A program made the translations under genes and the position numbers. A stretch of DNA of 63,606 nt, counting the filler, from Welwitschia mirabilis (taxonomy: Eukaryota): the NCBI GenBank assembly GCA_051453625.1. It is 6 parts of one record of this genome, joined end to end, with 100 filler letters (N's around TTAATTAATTAA, not from the genome) between each part and the next. Parts side by side here need not be neighbours in the genome. Positions count along the whole stretch, not along the records: positions 36,764 to 52,073 come from JBOZIK010000001.1; positions 52,174 to 55,321 come from JBOZIK010000001.1; positions 55,422 to 58,582 come from JBOZIK010000001.1; positions 58,683 to 63,606 come from JBOZIK010000001.1; 2 more parts are not named here. One strand, given 5' to 3'. This document shows, one piece after another, positions 48,428 to 62,416 of the stretch. Each line of letters starts with the position of its first letter. The stretch's first letter is position 1. Under the pieces are notes generated by a model that saw nothing but the letters and a program-made list of their open reading frames with translations, was not told where the DNA came from and ran no database searches.

Positions 48428-51400
48428 TGTTGTAGTGTGAATTTATGCAATTTTGAAGTCCTTTAGGTAAACTTGTAAATCATATAAATTGCAGAAAACA
48501 CATGCTAGTATAGATGGAAGTTCATGTGAATTTCATAATCCTGTGAAAGCACTAGTCTTAGATTTAGATAATTGATTCTCCAAAGTATTTTTAGTCTTTT
48601 TTCTTATAAAAACTGGAAGGAAATAAATAAGTAAATGTAATGCAATATTGAATAAATATGAAATGCAGTGAATGGAAATGGAAATGGATCTTACTTAGAT
48701 TTTTTATCCTTCTGTTATAAAGACTACTTTCTCGATAACTTATATTAATGAAGAAGAGCATCTACTACTTTTTAACCAATATAAACTGTGAGATCTACCT
48801 AAGTAAGAATATGTAATATGTGATATTAAATTAAATGAAAATGTGATACAAATATACTACTACTAGCTAAGGTCAACCTTAACAAAGGTTGCTCTTATTA
48901 TCTAAATAAATCATAGAACTGTCACTTAACTATGACCAACTTAAANNNNNNNNNNNNNNNNNNNNNNNNNNNNNNNNNNNNNNNNNNNNNNNNNNNNNNN
49001 NAATTTACATCCACTTATAATAGAATAATAACACCTCAATGGAAGAAACTCAGCCTAACACTAAGGAAACCCCTTTCTGCTGCAACTAGATGGACCTCTT
49101 GTTCTTCAAGCTTCCATCACAAGAAGATTAAGTATAAAAGATGGTTTAGACGTAAAGGATGAAAGGATATTTATAGTTTTACAATGAAAGTTCTAGAACC
49201 ATAACCCTAGACATTGGTAAAGAAAACCCCAGCCCAAATGGGTTACTTGACTCCATTTACAATCATATTTATTTCAGAACATGCAAAGATCGGTGTCGTC
49301 CCGCCTGTCATTAGGATGACATAGGGGATGTCACTATGCCACTTGTCTTCATGCCCTACTGTTAGTCTCATAGCCTTTGTCCATGTGCCTAAGGTCATTG
49401 TCCTAACTATCATGAGGACGACACAGGGGATGATGCCTTCGTATACTCTATGTACTCCATGTACTATCATGTGCTATCATGTGCTGCTATGCCATGATGG
49501 GTAGCAATGTTGTCGTCCCCTTTGTCATGCAGATGACAGTGAGGAGAACACATCTCCTAAGCTCCTTAAGTGGAGTAAATCAGTCCTCTTCGCCTTTTTT
49601 CTTCCTTCAATATGCTAACTATCAAAACATGCCTAAAATACCTTCAATTATGCCAAGAATTATGCGTTTCCATGATCATCCTATCGTCTCTTCATAATAA
49701 GCAGAATTACATTTAAACCTGTATAATTATCCTACAAAAGTATTTTAAATACAACATCAGATTCTTACAAATTAGCATTGCCACATAACCCCTTACTTAG
49801 CCTTGTCAGTCCCTAATAAAGGAGGCAATCAACTATATTATGAGCCAATTTAACAAAAATAATCATCATCTAAAGAAATGGAATTTGAGTTCTATTTATT
49901 ATGTAGGAATAGATAATAAAAATTTATTGATATAATTAATGCTGTAGTCATAAGCCCCCTTCTTAAACACATCACAATGGACTAAGTAAATTTCATACAC
50001 ATAAATAAGTCATAGAATGTAATAGTAATAGTCCAGGAAAAAATAATAATATGTATGCATAAATTAAGAAAGTAATGCTAAAACTGATGTGTAAGCTTAA
50101 GTAGTAATAATTTCAAATAATAATGCATGAAAATTTCATTAATATTTCTATAAGGACAAAGTACAGGAGTAATCATGGCATTCTTTTTCTTTAAATGATC
50201 TGAAACATAGTTGCTAAAAAATCAGTAAGTGTGACTGTGCTCCTATTAAATGAATTCCATGAAATATATTCAAGTAACATGAAATCATATCCAAAAAAAA
50301 CTCATCATAAATATGTATCATGAAAGCTCAAAATGATCATTTAAAATTTAAAAATAATAAATTTTTTCTTAATATCTCAAAAGAAATCTTGGAGAGTTGT
50401 CCTACCTCCTCCACCCCCCATTCCCTATAGGAAAAGCAAGATATCCTAGATTGCACAAAGTGAAACGGATAACTGTCATCCCCTCTGTTATGGGGACAAC
50501 ATGCGTGAGATGACAGTGCATAAGATAAATTGATTGGATAAATTAGAAAAATCCAAAAAGATTTGATAGTAAGCAAATAGCGAAAAAATAGAAGAAAAAT
50601 AGCAAAATGGTAAAAATTAAAGAAATATTTAGAAACGCATGACTAGGATGAAATAAACTCATGAGACATAAGAATGTATGAAGTAGAAGANNNNNNNNNN
50701 NNNNNNNNNNNNNNNNNNNNNNNNNNNNNNNNNNNNNNNNNNNNNNNNNNNNNNNNNNNNNNNNNNNNNNNNNNNNNNNNNNNNNNNNNNTTATGAGCCA
50801 ATTTAACAAAAATAATCATCATCTAAAGAAATGGAATTTGAGTTCTATTTATTATGTAGGAATAGATGACAAAAATTCATTAATATAATTAATGCTGTAG
50901 TCATAAGCCCCCTTCTTAAACACATCACAATGGACTAAGTAAATTTCATACACATAAACAAGTCATAGAATGTAATAGTAATAGTTCAGGAAAAAATAAT
51001 AATATGTATGCATAAATTAAGAAAGTAATGCTGAAACTGATGTGTAAGCTTAAGTAGTAATAATCTCAAATAATAATGCATGAAAATTTCATTAATATTT
51101 CTACAAGGACAAAGTATAGGAGTAATCATGGCATTCTTTTTCTTTAAATGATATGAAATATAGTTGCTAAAAAATCAGTGAGTACGACTGTGCTCCTATT
51201 AAATGAATTCCATAAAATATATTCAAGTAACATGAAATCATATCCAAAAAACTCATCATAAATATGTATCATGAAAGTTCAAAATGATCCTTTAAAATTT
51301 AAAAATAATAAATTTTTGCTTAATATCTCAAAAGAAATCTTGGAGAGTTGTCCTACCTCCTTCACCCCACCATTCCCTATAGGAAAAGCAAGACATCCTA

Positions 51401-52310
51401 GATTACACAAAGTGAAATGGATAACTGTCATCCCCTCTGTCATGGGGACAACATGCATGAGACGACAGTGCATAAGATAAATTGGTTGGATAAATTAGAA
51501 AAATCCAAAATGATTTGATAGTAAGAAAGTAGCAAAAAAATAGGAGAAAAATAGAAAAATGATAAAAATTAAAGAAATATTGAGAAACGCATGACTAGAA
51601 TGAAATAAACTCATGAGACATAAGAATGTATGAAGTAGAAGAAAGCAATACTTCATCCTTTAAGATGTCCTAGAATCCATGATTATTTAAATTCTATAAA
51701 TGGATGTATGTAAAACCAAAAAACCACACAAAAAAAAACATTATCATAAAATAAAAAGATCACATCAATCAAAGTGAAAGAAATGCATCAATTAAAACAT
51801 GTGAGTGAAAATAAAAAGATAACTAGAAAATTATCAAATGATCAAATCTGAATTATAATATGGAAAAAGATACTATAATAATTTTTAAAAATCCTAAATA
51901 AGACAACTAAGAGAAATCATAATAAAGATGGACAAATAAAAACATGAAGAAGATTTACTTTTCTATCCAAAAATTAACCCTTAGCAAAGTCCCTTAGAAG
52001 AAATTATAAAATAACTTGATAAGGATTTATGACATAATGTAAAAATTCATATAATTTCACTCAAATAGGCTATNNNNNNNNNNNNNNNNNNNNNNNNNNN
52101 NNNNNNNNNNNNNNNNNTTAATTAATTAANNNNNNNNNNNNNNNNNNNNNNNNNNNNNNNNNNNNNNNNNNNNTATGTCAAGAATTACATGTTTTCATGA
52201 TCATCTTATCATCTCTTCATAATTAGCATAATTGCATCTAAATCTGTATAAATGTCCTACAAAAGTACTCCAAATACATCATCAAATTCTCACAAATTGG
52301 CATTGCAACA
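48428..52310 (-). mobile_element. Athila-like Gypsy element (family F): 3' LTR 48428-49785, 3' UTR, 5' LTR fragment 52174-52310
   Basis: TGTTGTAGTG...CATTGC(C/A)ACA termini. 49655-49785 is repeated at 52174-52310. PPT complement TAACCCCTTACTT follows 49785. The interior is lost at the linker gap and the flanks show no TSD match. Confidence 0.55.
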
Positions 52311-53478
52311 TACTCTACTTTTGTTCTTAATTGATTAAAAACCTATTCAAATAAACCGAAAACATACTCTAAACATGTTGTTAAATATCTCTAATTTGGC
52401 TTAAAATAGTAGAATTTAGATTTTATAAAATATACAAAAGTCATTTAGAAATAATAATCAATAAAAGAGATAAAATAACAAAATCTATGAAGAGTGGAAA
52501 CTAGTATAGATCCATATATGAATAAGTAAAATCTTTTAATTGACATGCCATTTACTTAATGCAAATCATTATTAAGTTACTTTACCTCTAATACTTGCTT
52601 CACNNNNNNNNNNNNNNNNNNNNNNNNNNNNNNNNNNNNNNNNNNNNNNNNNNNNNNNNNNNNNNNNNNNNNNNNNNNNNNNNNNNNNNNNNNNNNNNNN
52701 NNNNNNNNNNNNNNNNNNNNNNNNNNNNNNNNNNNNNNNNNNNNNNNNNNNNNNNNNNNNNNNNNNNNNNNNNNNNNNNNNNNNNNNNNNNNNNNNNNNN
52801 NNNNNNNNNNNNNNNNNNNNNNNNNNNNNNNNNNNNNNNNNNNNNNNNNNNNNNNNNNNNNNNNNNNNNNNNNNNNNNNNNNNNNNNNNNNNNNNNNNNN
52901 NNNNNNNNNNNNNNNNNNNNNNNNTATAGAACATATAGAACATGTGAAACAGTGATGAAGAGAATAATGTCAAATTAGGGATGACTAAATAATATCATTT
53001 CATAGAAACTAGAATTTTGTCTATCAAATAAACCTAACTTAGTGCTTTAACAAAGTTATTAAATATTCATGTTGATAAATTATGTAACGAGTTGCACAAA
53101 TGTTAAGAATCCATTTCTCATCATGAGTTATGTGCTAATTCATATCAATAAAGTCAAAGTTTTCAGAGTCTACATTTGATTCAAAATTTTAAACATCATC
53201 AAAAGAATCAAATTCTTTAGTTACTACATTTTCTTTAGATGTAAACTTTACCTNNNNNNNNNNNNNNNNNNNNNNNNNNNNNNNNNNNNNNNNNNNNNNN
53301 NNNNNNNNNNNNNNNNNNNNNNNNNNNNNNNNNNNNNNNNNNNNNNNNNNNNNTTTAGCTACTACATTTGCTTTAGATGAAAACTTTACCTTGTCTTAAG
53401 GAGTCCTAAGAAGCTCATAATATAACCTTATCTTCTACATTGTAAACACTAATATTTCATCTTCTTAAAAATGGTATT

Positions 53479-55140
53479 TGTTAGACTATGTATTGCTAAT
53501 TGATGTCAAAATAATGTTTTCTGTAAAGCAAATTTTATATATCTTGTGTAGAAAATGTTAAACATTTACAAGTCAGATGATAAAGTAAGAATGTTATATA
53601 TTAATCACTGAAAATTATCAAGTTTAATTACCCTCTTGAGGGGTCAAATAGACTTTCAAGTGGTTGACGACGCTTGGAGTATACTCTCAGAATTGAACTG
53701 AATTNNNNNNNNNNNNNNNNNNNNNNNNNNNNNNNNNNNNNNNNNNNNNNNNNNNNNNNNNNNNNNNNNNNNNNNNNNNNNNNNNNNNNNNNNNNNNNNN
53801 NNNNCAAGTTTAATTACCCTCTTGAGGGGTCGACTGGACTTTCAAGTGGTTGACGACACTTGGAGTATACTCTCAGAATAGAACTAAATTCAGAGGGATC
53901 GACTAGACTTTTGAGGAATCGACTAGACATGAGAACCTAAACACTAGTATTCTTAAATAGATTATTAAGGGATCGACTAAACCTATGAGGGGTCAAATGG
54001 ACCTAAGCATTATGCACTTAATATCCCTAAACCAATTGTCAAGGGGTCGACTGGATACCTAAGTAGTCCACTGGACCTAATGTAGATAACTAGAATGGAT
54101 TTTTATTAAGATGAATAAGTGACTAGATAATTATGTGAGTGACCAACTGAGGGGTCAACTAGATCCTGAGGTATCAATCGGATATGAAGTTGTAAGAAAA
54201 TAGGACAACTAAAAGTTTACTTGGATGACCTATTTAAGTCATGGCACCAGAAGATGTTAACATGATGTTTGAGGGGTTGACTACCCAGAATGGAAACATA
54301 ATTTTATATGCATTATGTATCTCTTATATATCCATTGTGTTGTTTTTACTTGTAATAAATGCTAAAAACCTTCAATTATAAAAATCTAATAGAGAAATCA
54401 CTAAAAAATCGTTTTGACTTTTTATTGAAGAACTGAAACTTGTGATTTTCATTGTAACATATTGGTGCTACATTCTTGACCAAGTATGATCCATCATCTC
54501 TTGTATCTTTGCATAAGAGGTCAGATCTAGTACTTCATTATTGTATCATCTATAGGAAAAAAGCTTAATTACTATCATTTAAGCCAAAGAACGAGTAATA
54601 TCTATGAACTAAGGCATTCTATCATCACTACCACATATTATAAAAGGTTGAGAATTAGCCTACAAAAGTCTGTTGAAAGGTTGAGACTTAGCCTACAAAA
54701 GTCCATTGAAAAGTTTGAGACTTAGCATACAAAATTCTATTGAAACGCTAAGACTTAGCCTATAAAAATCCATTAAAAGATTGAGACTTAACTTGTAAAA
54801 GCCCATTAAAAGATTAAGACTTAGCCTATAAAAGTTTATCTATAAATATTAAAGGTGAATCTATAATACTTAAAAGAGTTAATGAATATCCAGATTAGGC
54901 TTCGTAATAATTTAATCATTGAGAGTGGAGTAGGGGTTTTTTAAATCACTATAAAAATTACGTGCATCTGATCACCATTTTTATGTTTTTTATTATTTTC
55001 ATTTTTCTGAATACTTTGATTTTTTATTTTTATGCATGAGCTTGTTAGTGATTTATTTTAAGCAAGTTTTTATTATGAATTTTTTTGATTATTTCAAAGA
55101 ATCTATTCCCCCCTTCCTTTTAGGGTTCTCAATTCCTATA
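53479..55140 (+). mobile_element. SIRE-like 5' LTR (family C)
   Basis: Starts TGTTAGAC. GGGGTCGACTAGATC motif cluster at 53635-54285. Ends after the CTATTCCCCCC tract. Followed by decayed PBS TTGTATCAAAGC (55143-55154) and gag. Confidence 0.8.
54643..54841 (+). repeat. Six tandem ~33-bp repeats in LTR
   Basis: Consensus AAAGGTTGAGACTTAGCCTACAAAAGTCCATTG, units starting at 54643, 54676, 54709, 54743, 54776 and 54809. Confidence 0.85.
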
Positions 55141-55206
55141 ATTTGTATCAAAGCTAAGTTGAATCCATTTTTCCGATTTTAACTAATCTAAACTGTAGTA
55201 CTAAAA

Positions 55207-55321
55207 ATGAGTAATCCCTTTAATGATTTTTCTATGAGTCATTCACATTTATTTAATGAATCAAATTATGCATACTAGAAAGCTAGAATGAGAATATTTC
55301 TTATATTTCTAGATGTAAATA
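55207..55321 (+). pseudogene. SIRE gag N-terminus
   Basis: MSNPFNDFSMSHSHLFNESNYAY*KARMRIFL matches RPPLFDGSNYAYWKARMRIFL. Trp codon changed to stop. Confidence 0.8.
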
Positions 55322-56399
55322 NNNNNNNNNNNNNNNNNNNNNNNNNNNNNNNNNNNNNNNNNNNNTTAATTAATTAANNNNNNNNNNNNNNNNNNNNNNN
55401 NNNNNNNNNNNNNNNNNNNNNAGGTGGACCTGGAAAAACCTGTGAAGTAACAAAGATTTGAGATCAAGCTTGGGAGAAGCTGATCATCGATAATAAAGAA
55501 GGGGAGTTCCTAAACCACTGTAAACCCTGTGTGCATCCAAAATTGGTAGTTATGATTTTCTGTTTTTTGATTCTTTACATTTAGTTTTTCATTTCTTATA
55601 TGTACATTCTTGATTTTGTTATTTTTACATGCAAATAGTAAATATATAACTTTAATTTATTTTAGAGCTTAAGTCTTTGAAAGAACTTATTCACCCCCTT
55701 CNNNNNNNNNNNNNNNNNNNNNNNNNNNNNNNNNNNNNNNNNNNNNNNNNNNNNNNNNNNNNNNNNNNNNNNNNNNNNNNNNCCCTTCCATGGATACTCT
55801 AGTTGAGGAATTTTTTAGCATGTCCTTCCTAAATATCTATGTTTATATCTATTTTTTTAAGATAGTATATGGTTATATGTTTAAACAGATTATAGAAAAA
55901 AAAGACTCATAGCGATTAAATAAAAGAGTTAAAAGAAATACTCTAGAACTCGATAGAGAAAGGAGATTCTCCTTTATGGATTTTATGTTATCATTACAAG
56001 ATGTACCAAAATCCTCAATTCAAAATGAAGATGATTTGGAAAAACTTAGCAAGAGTTGTACCAAGAATGTGAAAAACTAGCAAAAAGTATTAATGATTTA
56101 AACAAGGNNNNNNNNNNNNNNNNNNNNNNNNNNNNNNNNNNNNNNNNNNNNNNNNNNNNNNNNNNNNNNNNNNNNNNNNNNNNNNNNNNNNNNNNNNNNN
56201 NNNNNNNGTGAAAAACTAGCAAAAAGTATTAATGATTTAAACAAGGTTATAAAATCTATCACCAAGAAAAAGAATGATTTAGAATCAAGTTTTGAAAGAG
56301 TAAAATCCAAAAACATTAATCTTACTTTACAGGTAAAATATTTATCATATTTTGTTAATATGTTTTTAGGCAGATCTGCCAAATTGGAATAAATTCTTA

Positions 56400-58582
56400 A
56401 AGTTTAAAAACCAGTTGGAAACAAATCAAGCATTGGATTTATCTCACAGAAACCTCAAGCACAACAAACTCAGATAACCAATTATGGTAATGTTCTTTCC
56501 AAACTTACANNNNNNNNNNNNNNNNNNNNNNNNNNNNNNNNNNNNNNNNNNNNNNNNNNNNNNNNNNNNNNNNNNNNNNNNNNNNNNNNNNNNNNNNNNN
56601 NNNNNNNNNNNNNNNNNNNNNNNNNNNNNNNNNNNNNNNNNNNNNNNNNNNNNNNNNNNNNNNNNNNNNNNNNNNNNNNNNNNNNNNNNNNNNNNNNNNN
56701 NNNNNNNNNNNNNNNNNNNNNNNNNNNNNNNNNNNNNNNNNNNNNNNNNNNNNNNNNNNNNNNNNNNNNNNNNNNNNNNNNNNNNNNNNNNNNNNNNNNN
56801 NNNNNNNNNNNNNNNNNNNNNNNNNNNNNNNNNNNNNNNNNNNNNNNNNNNNNNNNNNNNNNNNNNNNNNNNNNNNNNNNNNNNNNNNNNNNNNNNNNNN
56901 NNNNNNNNNNNNNNNNNNNNNNNNNNNNNNNNNNNNNNNNNNNNNNNNNNNNNNNNNNNNNNNNNNNNNNNNNNNNNNNNNNNNNNNNNNNNNNNNNCAG
57001 TTGGAAACAAATCAAGCATTGGATTTATCTCATAGAAACCTCAAGCACAGCAAACTCAGATAACCAATTATGGTAATGTTCTTTCCAAACTTACATGTCA
57101 TTTTTGTGGAAAAATAGATCATCCAAAGTTTATGTGCAATACTAAAAAATTAATGTTATTTTCAAATTCTGTTAGTTCTTTTTCATTTAAATTTATCCCT
57201 AAGAAGAATGTACTACTTAATTCCAAAAAGAATATGTGGATGAAATCTAATAATCTTAAAAGTTTGTTGATCCAGACAGCTTTCAAAGTTTCAAACAGCA
57301 CAATTTGATATCTTGATAGTATATGTTTAAGGTACATAACAGGAGATAAATCTAGATTCAAATATCTAAGCCACTTTGATGAAGGAGAAGTGATCTTCAG
57401 AGACAATAGAAGAGGAAAAATAGAAGGGATTAGAAGCATTAGTAGAGGTAATCTTCCTAGAATTAATAAAGTTTTATATGTAAGTGGTTGAAGCATAATT
57501 TATTGAGAATTAGTCAAATTTGTGACAAAGATTATAAAGTAGTATTTGATAAATTGAAATGTGAAATTGTGCTTGAAAAATCAAATGATGTGGTTCTTAG
57601 AGCTAGTAGAATAGATAATGTGTATAGCATAGATCAATCAATTTCTCCTTCCTATTTCTCGAATGTTCCTCAAGATGAGTTATGACATAAACATTTAGGA
57701 TATGTTAATTATGATCAATTAAAAATGATTATTTGAAAAAATATCATTAGAGGAATTCCTAAGATAAATATAAAACAATATGGGTTGTGTGATGTATGTC
57801 AAAAAGGAAAACAAATTAAAACCTCTCATAAGAGTAAAACTCATGTTTCCACTTCATTGCCATTAGAACTTATTCATATGGATTTACTTAGACCTTCTTA
57901 AACTTGTAGTCTAGGTGGAAAACATTATTTTTTTACAATGGTTAGTGACTACTCTAAATATACTTGGATTAACTTTTTGTTTAATAAATCTAAAGCTTAT
58001 AAGAATTAGGTTGAAATTTGCAATAAGATCCAAAATGAAAAGGGTTACACCATAAAGAGAGTAAGAAGTGATCACAGTGGTGAATTTGGAAACCATTTTT
58101 TAAAAAAATATTACATTAAAAATAGTATTAATCATCAATTTTCAACTTCAAAGATACCACAAAAGAATGGTATAGCTAAAAGAAAGAATAGATTACTTCA
58201 AGAAATGGTTTAAACTATGCTAAATGATAAAGAAGTACGTAAGTCTTTTTGGGCTAAATCCGTTAGTACAACATGTTATATTATTAATAGAGTTTATTTT
58301 AAATTGGGTACTGATAAAATACCTTATGAGCTATGGAATGGAAGACAACCAAATGTGTCATATTTTAATGTGTTTAGAAGTAAATGTTATGTTCTAAAAG
58401 ATAGGGAACATTTGAGTAAATTGAAGTAAAAGCTGACGAAGCCATCTTTTTAGGATACTCAATAAGAAGCAGAGCCTACTGTGTATTTAACAAAAGAAGC
58501 CTAACTATAGAAGAGTCAATAAATGTGCAAATTGATGAGATTGACCCAAATGTAAACAACTCAGATGAAGAAGAAATCATAA
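56400..58582 (+). mobile_element. Degenerate SIRE-like Copia gag-protease-integrase
   Basis: NKSSIGF; zinc knuckle CHFCGKIDHPKFMC; *YLDSICLRYITGD (WYLDSGCSRHMTGD); KHNLLRISQICD; LELIHMDL; RVRSDHSGEF; FWAKSVSTTCYIINRV; PYELWNGRQPNVSYF. Confidence 0.9.
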
Positions 58583-58682
58583 NNNNNNNNNNNNNNNNNN
58601 NNNNNNNNNNNNNNNNNNNNNNNNNNTTAATTAATTAANNNNNNNNNNNNNNNNNNNNNNNNNNNNNNNNNNNNNNNNNNNN

Positions 58683-60290
58683 GGAAAGTAGATGAGTTTG
58701 GATTTTCTGATAATTCCCATATGCTATTCTACAAAGATCTAGACCCATAAGGTTTTTAAAATTTATTGAAATTAGTTTTTAGGCATTTGAAGGTATTAGG
58801 TTTTGGATTTTAATTCATGTTGTTGAGTGCACATAATTCATCATAGACATTGTTCTAACAGAAAAAAGGCCAAGACATTTTTCAACCTCATGATTAAGGT
58901 TTTAACAAAGTAGAAATTATTTTTTCTTAATAGTAGTTTTTTCCTTTGTTTAATTATTACTCTTTCATGATTTCAATTCCTTCATTGTGATAGTTAATTT
59001 TCCAATATTTCTAGTATTAGTTTTCAATGGTTTCTCCAATGCTTGTTTGACTATAAAGGCATCTTCACTCATCTTAATGCTTTTCATTTGTCTCAGTTAC
59101 CTTTTTAATGTGGGTACTTAAATTTTTGTTATCTGCCATGATTTACTCTATTCTTGTAATTATTACAATTTTGATTAACATTAATCTAATGGAACTTTTA
59201 TAATATTCCCTCCATAGGTAAATTCTAATCATTTGATGAGTGTTAGGTATGAGACCTTCTACAAAGTAATATATCAACTTCCATTTTTCAATATTATTTA
59301 CTAGATATCTAATAACATAAGAGGATAATCTCTTAAAAGCTATGACATAGCCCTTCCCTTTTAGCTATCTAAAAACATTAATCCTTTTTCAAAGGCCTTG
59401 AACTTTGGAGTTTGTAAGGTATCTGTTAGGAAAATTTCTTTCCATTNNNNNNNNNNNNNNNNNNNNNNNNNNNNNNNNNATGGTATAATTAGTTTTTTAC
59501 ATTTTATATCAATGCCATTTTGAATACCATCAAATAGAGTATATTGCTGATCAATTTCCCTATGGTATAAAGGAAGTAATCAAGATCAATTAGGAATCAT
59601 AATGAATCATCAATTTCTTTCTTATTATTATTAGAAAATGCACTTAAATATTTTACCTTCACATCCTCTTTGTTAGGAAAATCTATTGAATTGTGAATTT
59701 CTCAATTTCTCCTCTACAAGGCATCTCTTAAGGTTTTAAATACTTTTAGTATGAAGTCTAAATTCTTTTTTTACTTTAGGTTTGATGAGAAATTCCTTAA
59801 TAAACTTGAGCCTTCTCAATGATAGGAAAGAATTAAAAGTTGTTTATGAAGTTCCTTTCTTAAAATTTGATTTTTATTGTTTTAATAAATGAGAGGAAGG
59901 TTGTTTTTAGAGTATTGATTTATAAACCAGAGATTAATTTTCTACAAGTTACATTTGTAATTATTAGACAAGATGAAGAGGGAAAGTCTTGAATTTTAAA
60001 AGATGTAGATAAATTGAAAACTCGATGTGGTTTCTGCATAATTCATTTACACTCTTAATAATCAAAAAGATAACTTTCTATGTTTTTACTAATAAATATA
60101 GATTATTTATTTTCTTATTTCCTTAACATAAAAGAAAAATTAGTTTGATGTTGCACTTAAGTAAAATGTAATTACCAATAGAAATTACTATAAAAGAATA
60201 GAAGAACTTAGCTAATAAATTAATAAAGAAAAGCAAAGAAGACTAAAATTCCAGAGAGACCAGCAAATTCCTAACAATAATGTCAAAGTA
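58683..60290 (-). mobile_element. Highly decayed Gypsy-like internal region with PBS at ~60267-60288
   Basis: Reverse complement CTTTGACATTATTGTTAGGAAT resembles a decayed TTTGGCGCCGTTGCCGGGGA. Coding motifs are not clearly recoverable. Confidence 0.35.
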
Positions 60291-62336
60291 TGAAAGAATT
60301 CTTTTGCAATTTGAGTTAATCCATGGAGATGCATAATTAGGACATATCTGATCCTTCATTCAAATTTATTGAATGAAATCTGATTTAGAATTTTAATAGG
60401 GACTAAGCAAATTTAGATACTAAGCAAGTTTAGATTTTAGGTTATCAAAAGAAATATCAAATAAATATTAGAAATCCTTGCTAAAGCAAAGAAAGAGATG
60501 TAATATTAAAAGCTACCCTATTTACAAAGAGGTAAATTTTTTTTAAGATCATACTTTAATCACCAAAACCCTAGACATAAAGATGAACTGAGTCTTTACA
60601 GGTAAAGTTTATAAAAGTTTGATCGATTAATATTTCTTTTGCTTACACTCTTATAAGGTTTATGAGAAAGTAAACAACTATAGTTGTAAATTTAACATCT
60701 TAAAAAATCTTAGAAATCTTTGAAAATAATGGCAGCTAAATAAAAAATTACATTCCAAATCAACGGAAACTTATAAATACCCTTTTTTGCATCATCACAA
60801 AATAAGTAGTTGTACAAGATGATTTCTTCTCTTCATTCTAGCCTTTTAAAACTCAAAAACATGAGAGAGAACATTTTAACAATTTAGCATAGAACTCTAT
60901 CTATTATAGTAATTAGTCAAAAGGCATTTAAGACTTAACACTTAATAGTTTAGCTGATTAATGGAATTACTGTATAGAGGTATTGTATATACAATTAACA
61001 TTCACCAGATACAATGTTTATTACATGAATACAATAAAGGAAATATGACACTTCTAATAGAAAGCCCTGGTTCTTCTCCTAAGTTAAATACTTCCTATCC
61101 TTTAATCATATTATTACTTTTATTTACCCTTTTAGACCTCGTTTGCATTAATAAGAATGTTATCAATCAATCCATTACAAGTATCATTCACAATATCATA
61201 ATCTAAATCCTTCATAATTAATATCAAGAAGTATTAGATCATAAAACAATGATAAAATCTTTTATTTTTATGCTCTTATAATGATGAGCTTATTTAAATA
61301 TTTCTACTTAATGCATAATCTTAAGATATTATACTTAATGAATAGGACAGATCCTGGGGTGATATGCTTAGGTAAATTTTTATTTTCATTATTATTTAAT
61401 CCAGTTAAAGTTTTAACTCTTTAAGTTCTATGTCATATCCCATATTTTATAAATCTTATTTACTTTAATATTAAGTATACTAAGCTTTATTCAAATGATT
61501 AATTATCATTATTTAGATTCCTTATTAAAATAAGATGTCATTTTAAATTAACCTTAGTTTTTAATTTACCATAAAAATAATAAAAATTATCTTAAAAGGG
61601 ATTTTATGATAAAGCTATCTAAACATTTAAAATTACATAATCCCATTATCTAAGAAATTAANNNNNNNNNNNNNNNNNNNNNNNNNNNNNNNNNNNNNNN
61701 NNNNNNNNNNNNNNNNNNNNNNNNNNNNNNNNNNNTTAAATTCTTGGTAAATGTGATAGATGTACTATATTATGAATGAATATTTTCTTTTTTATGTTAT
61801 GTGATTGAAAGATTTTATGTATTTTAAAATAAATATGCATTTGAAAAAGTACATGCACTCTTACCTCAAACAAAGAATGATAAATGAGTAGATTTACTCT
61901 ACCATGACTTTTATGTTCTTGAGATGTGTAAGGATACTTTGTTCATATCATACACATTACTTTATTCATTGGAATTGAAGAGTTTTCCTAATTGTGCCAT
62001 GTGCCACTTTTACAAATTGTGCATATATTATTTGATGCATGTCTTAGATGAGTTAAACTTACTTATGAGTCTATAAAGGATTAAAAAGAGCTAGCACGAG
62101 GAAATGATGCATGTAATTAAACTTGCTAATTGAAGCAAGAAAATTACTCGCCTTAGTTAGTTGCATGAGTCATAAATGTAATCTTTTTTTATACTCTAAT
62201 GTCACTTATCCCACTTATCAATGCTAAATTATATGATCTTGTGATCTTGAGCTATGTGCCTTTGTTTGTCTATATATAAAGATCCTTTCCTCTATTGTAA
62301 AAGGAGATACTTTTATTTTATTTCTTACAAGTGTAT

Positions 62337-62361
62337 TTCTTCTTCTTCTTCTTCTTCGTCT

Positions 62362-62414
<53 letters not shown>
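62337..62414. repeat. Compound microsatellite (TTC)n(CT)n
   Basis: Directly visible, about 60 nt downstream of CTATATATAAA. Probably in an LTR R region. Confidence 0.95.

Positions 62415-62416
<2 letters not shown>

Noticed and set aside
54643-54841. 33-bp periodic array as possible CRISPR
   Set aside because: Head-to-tail repeats with no unique spacers, no cas genes, and located inside a plant LTR.
56444-57035. Long ORFs in the track consisting mostly of X
   Set aside because: Artefacts of reading through N gaps; the same applies at 44173-44540 and 52572-52978.
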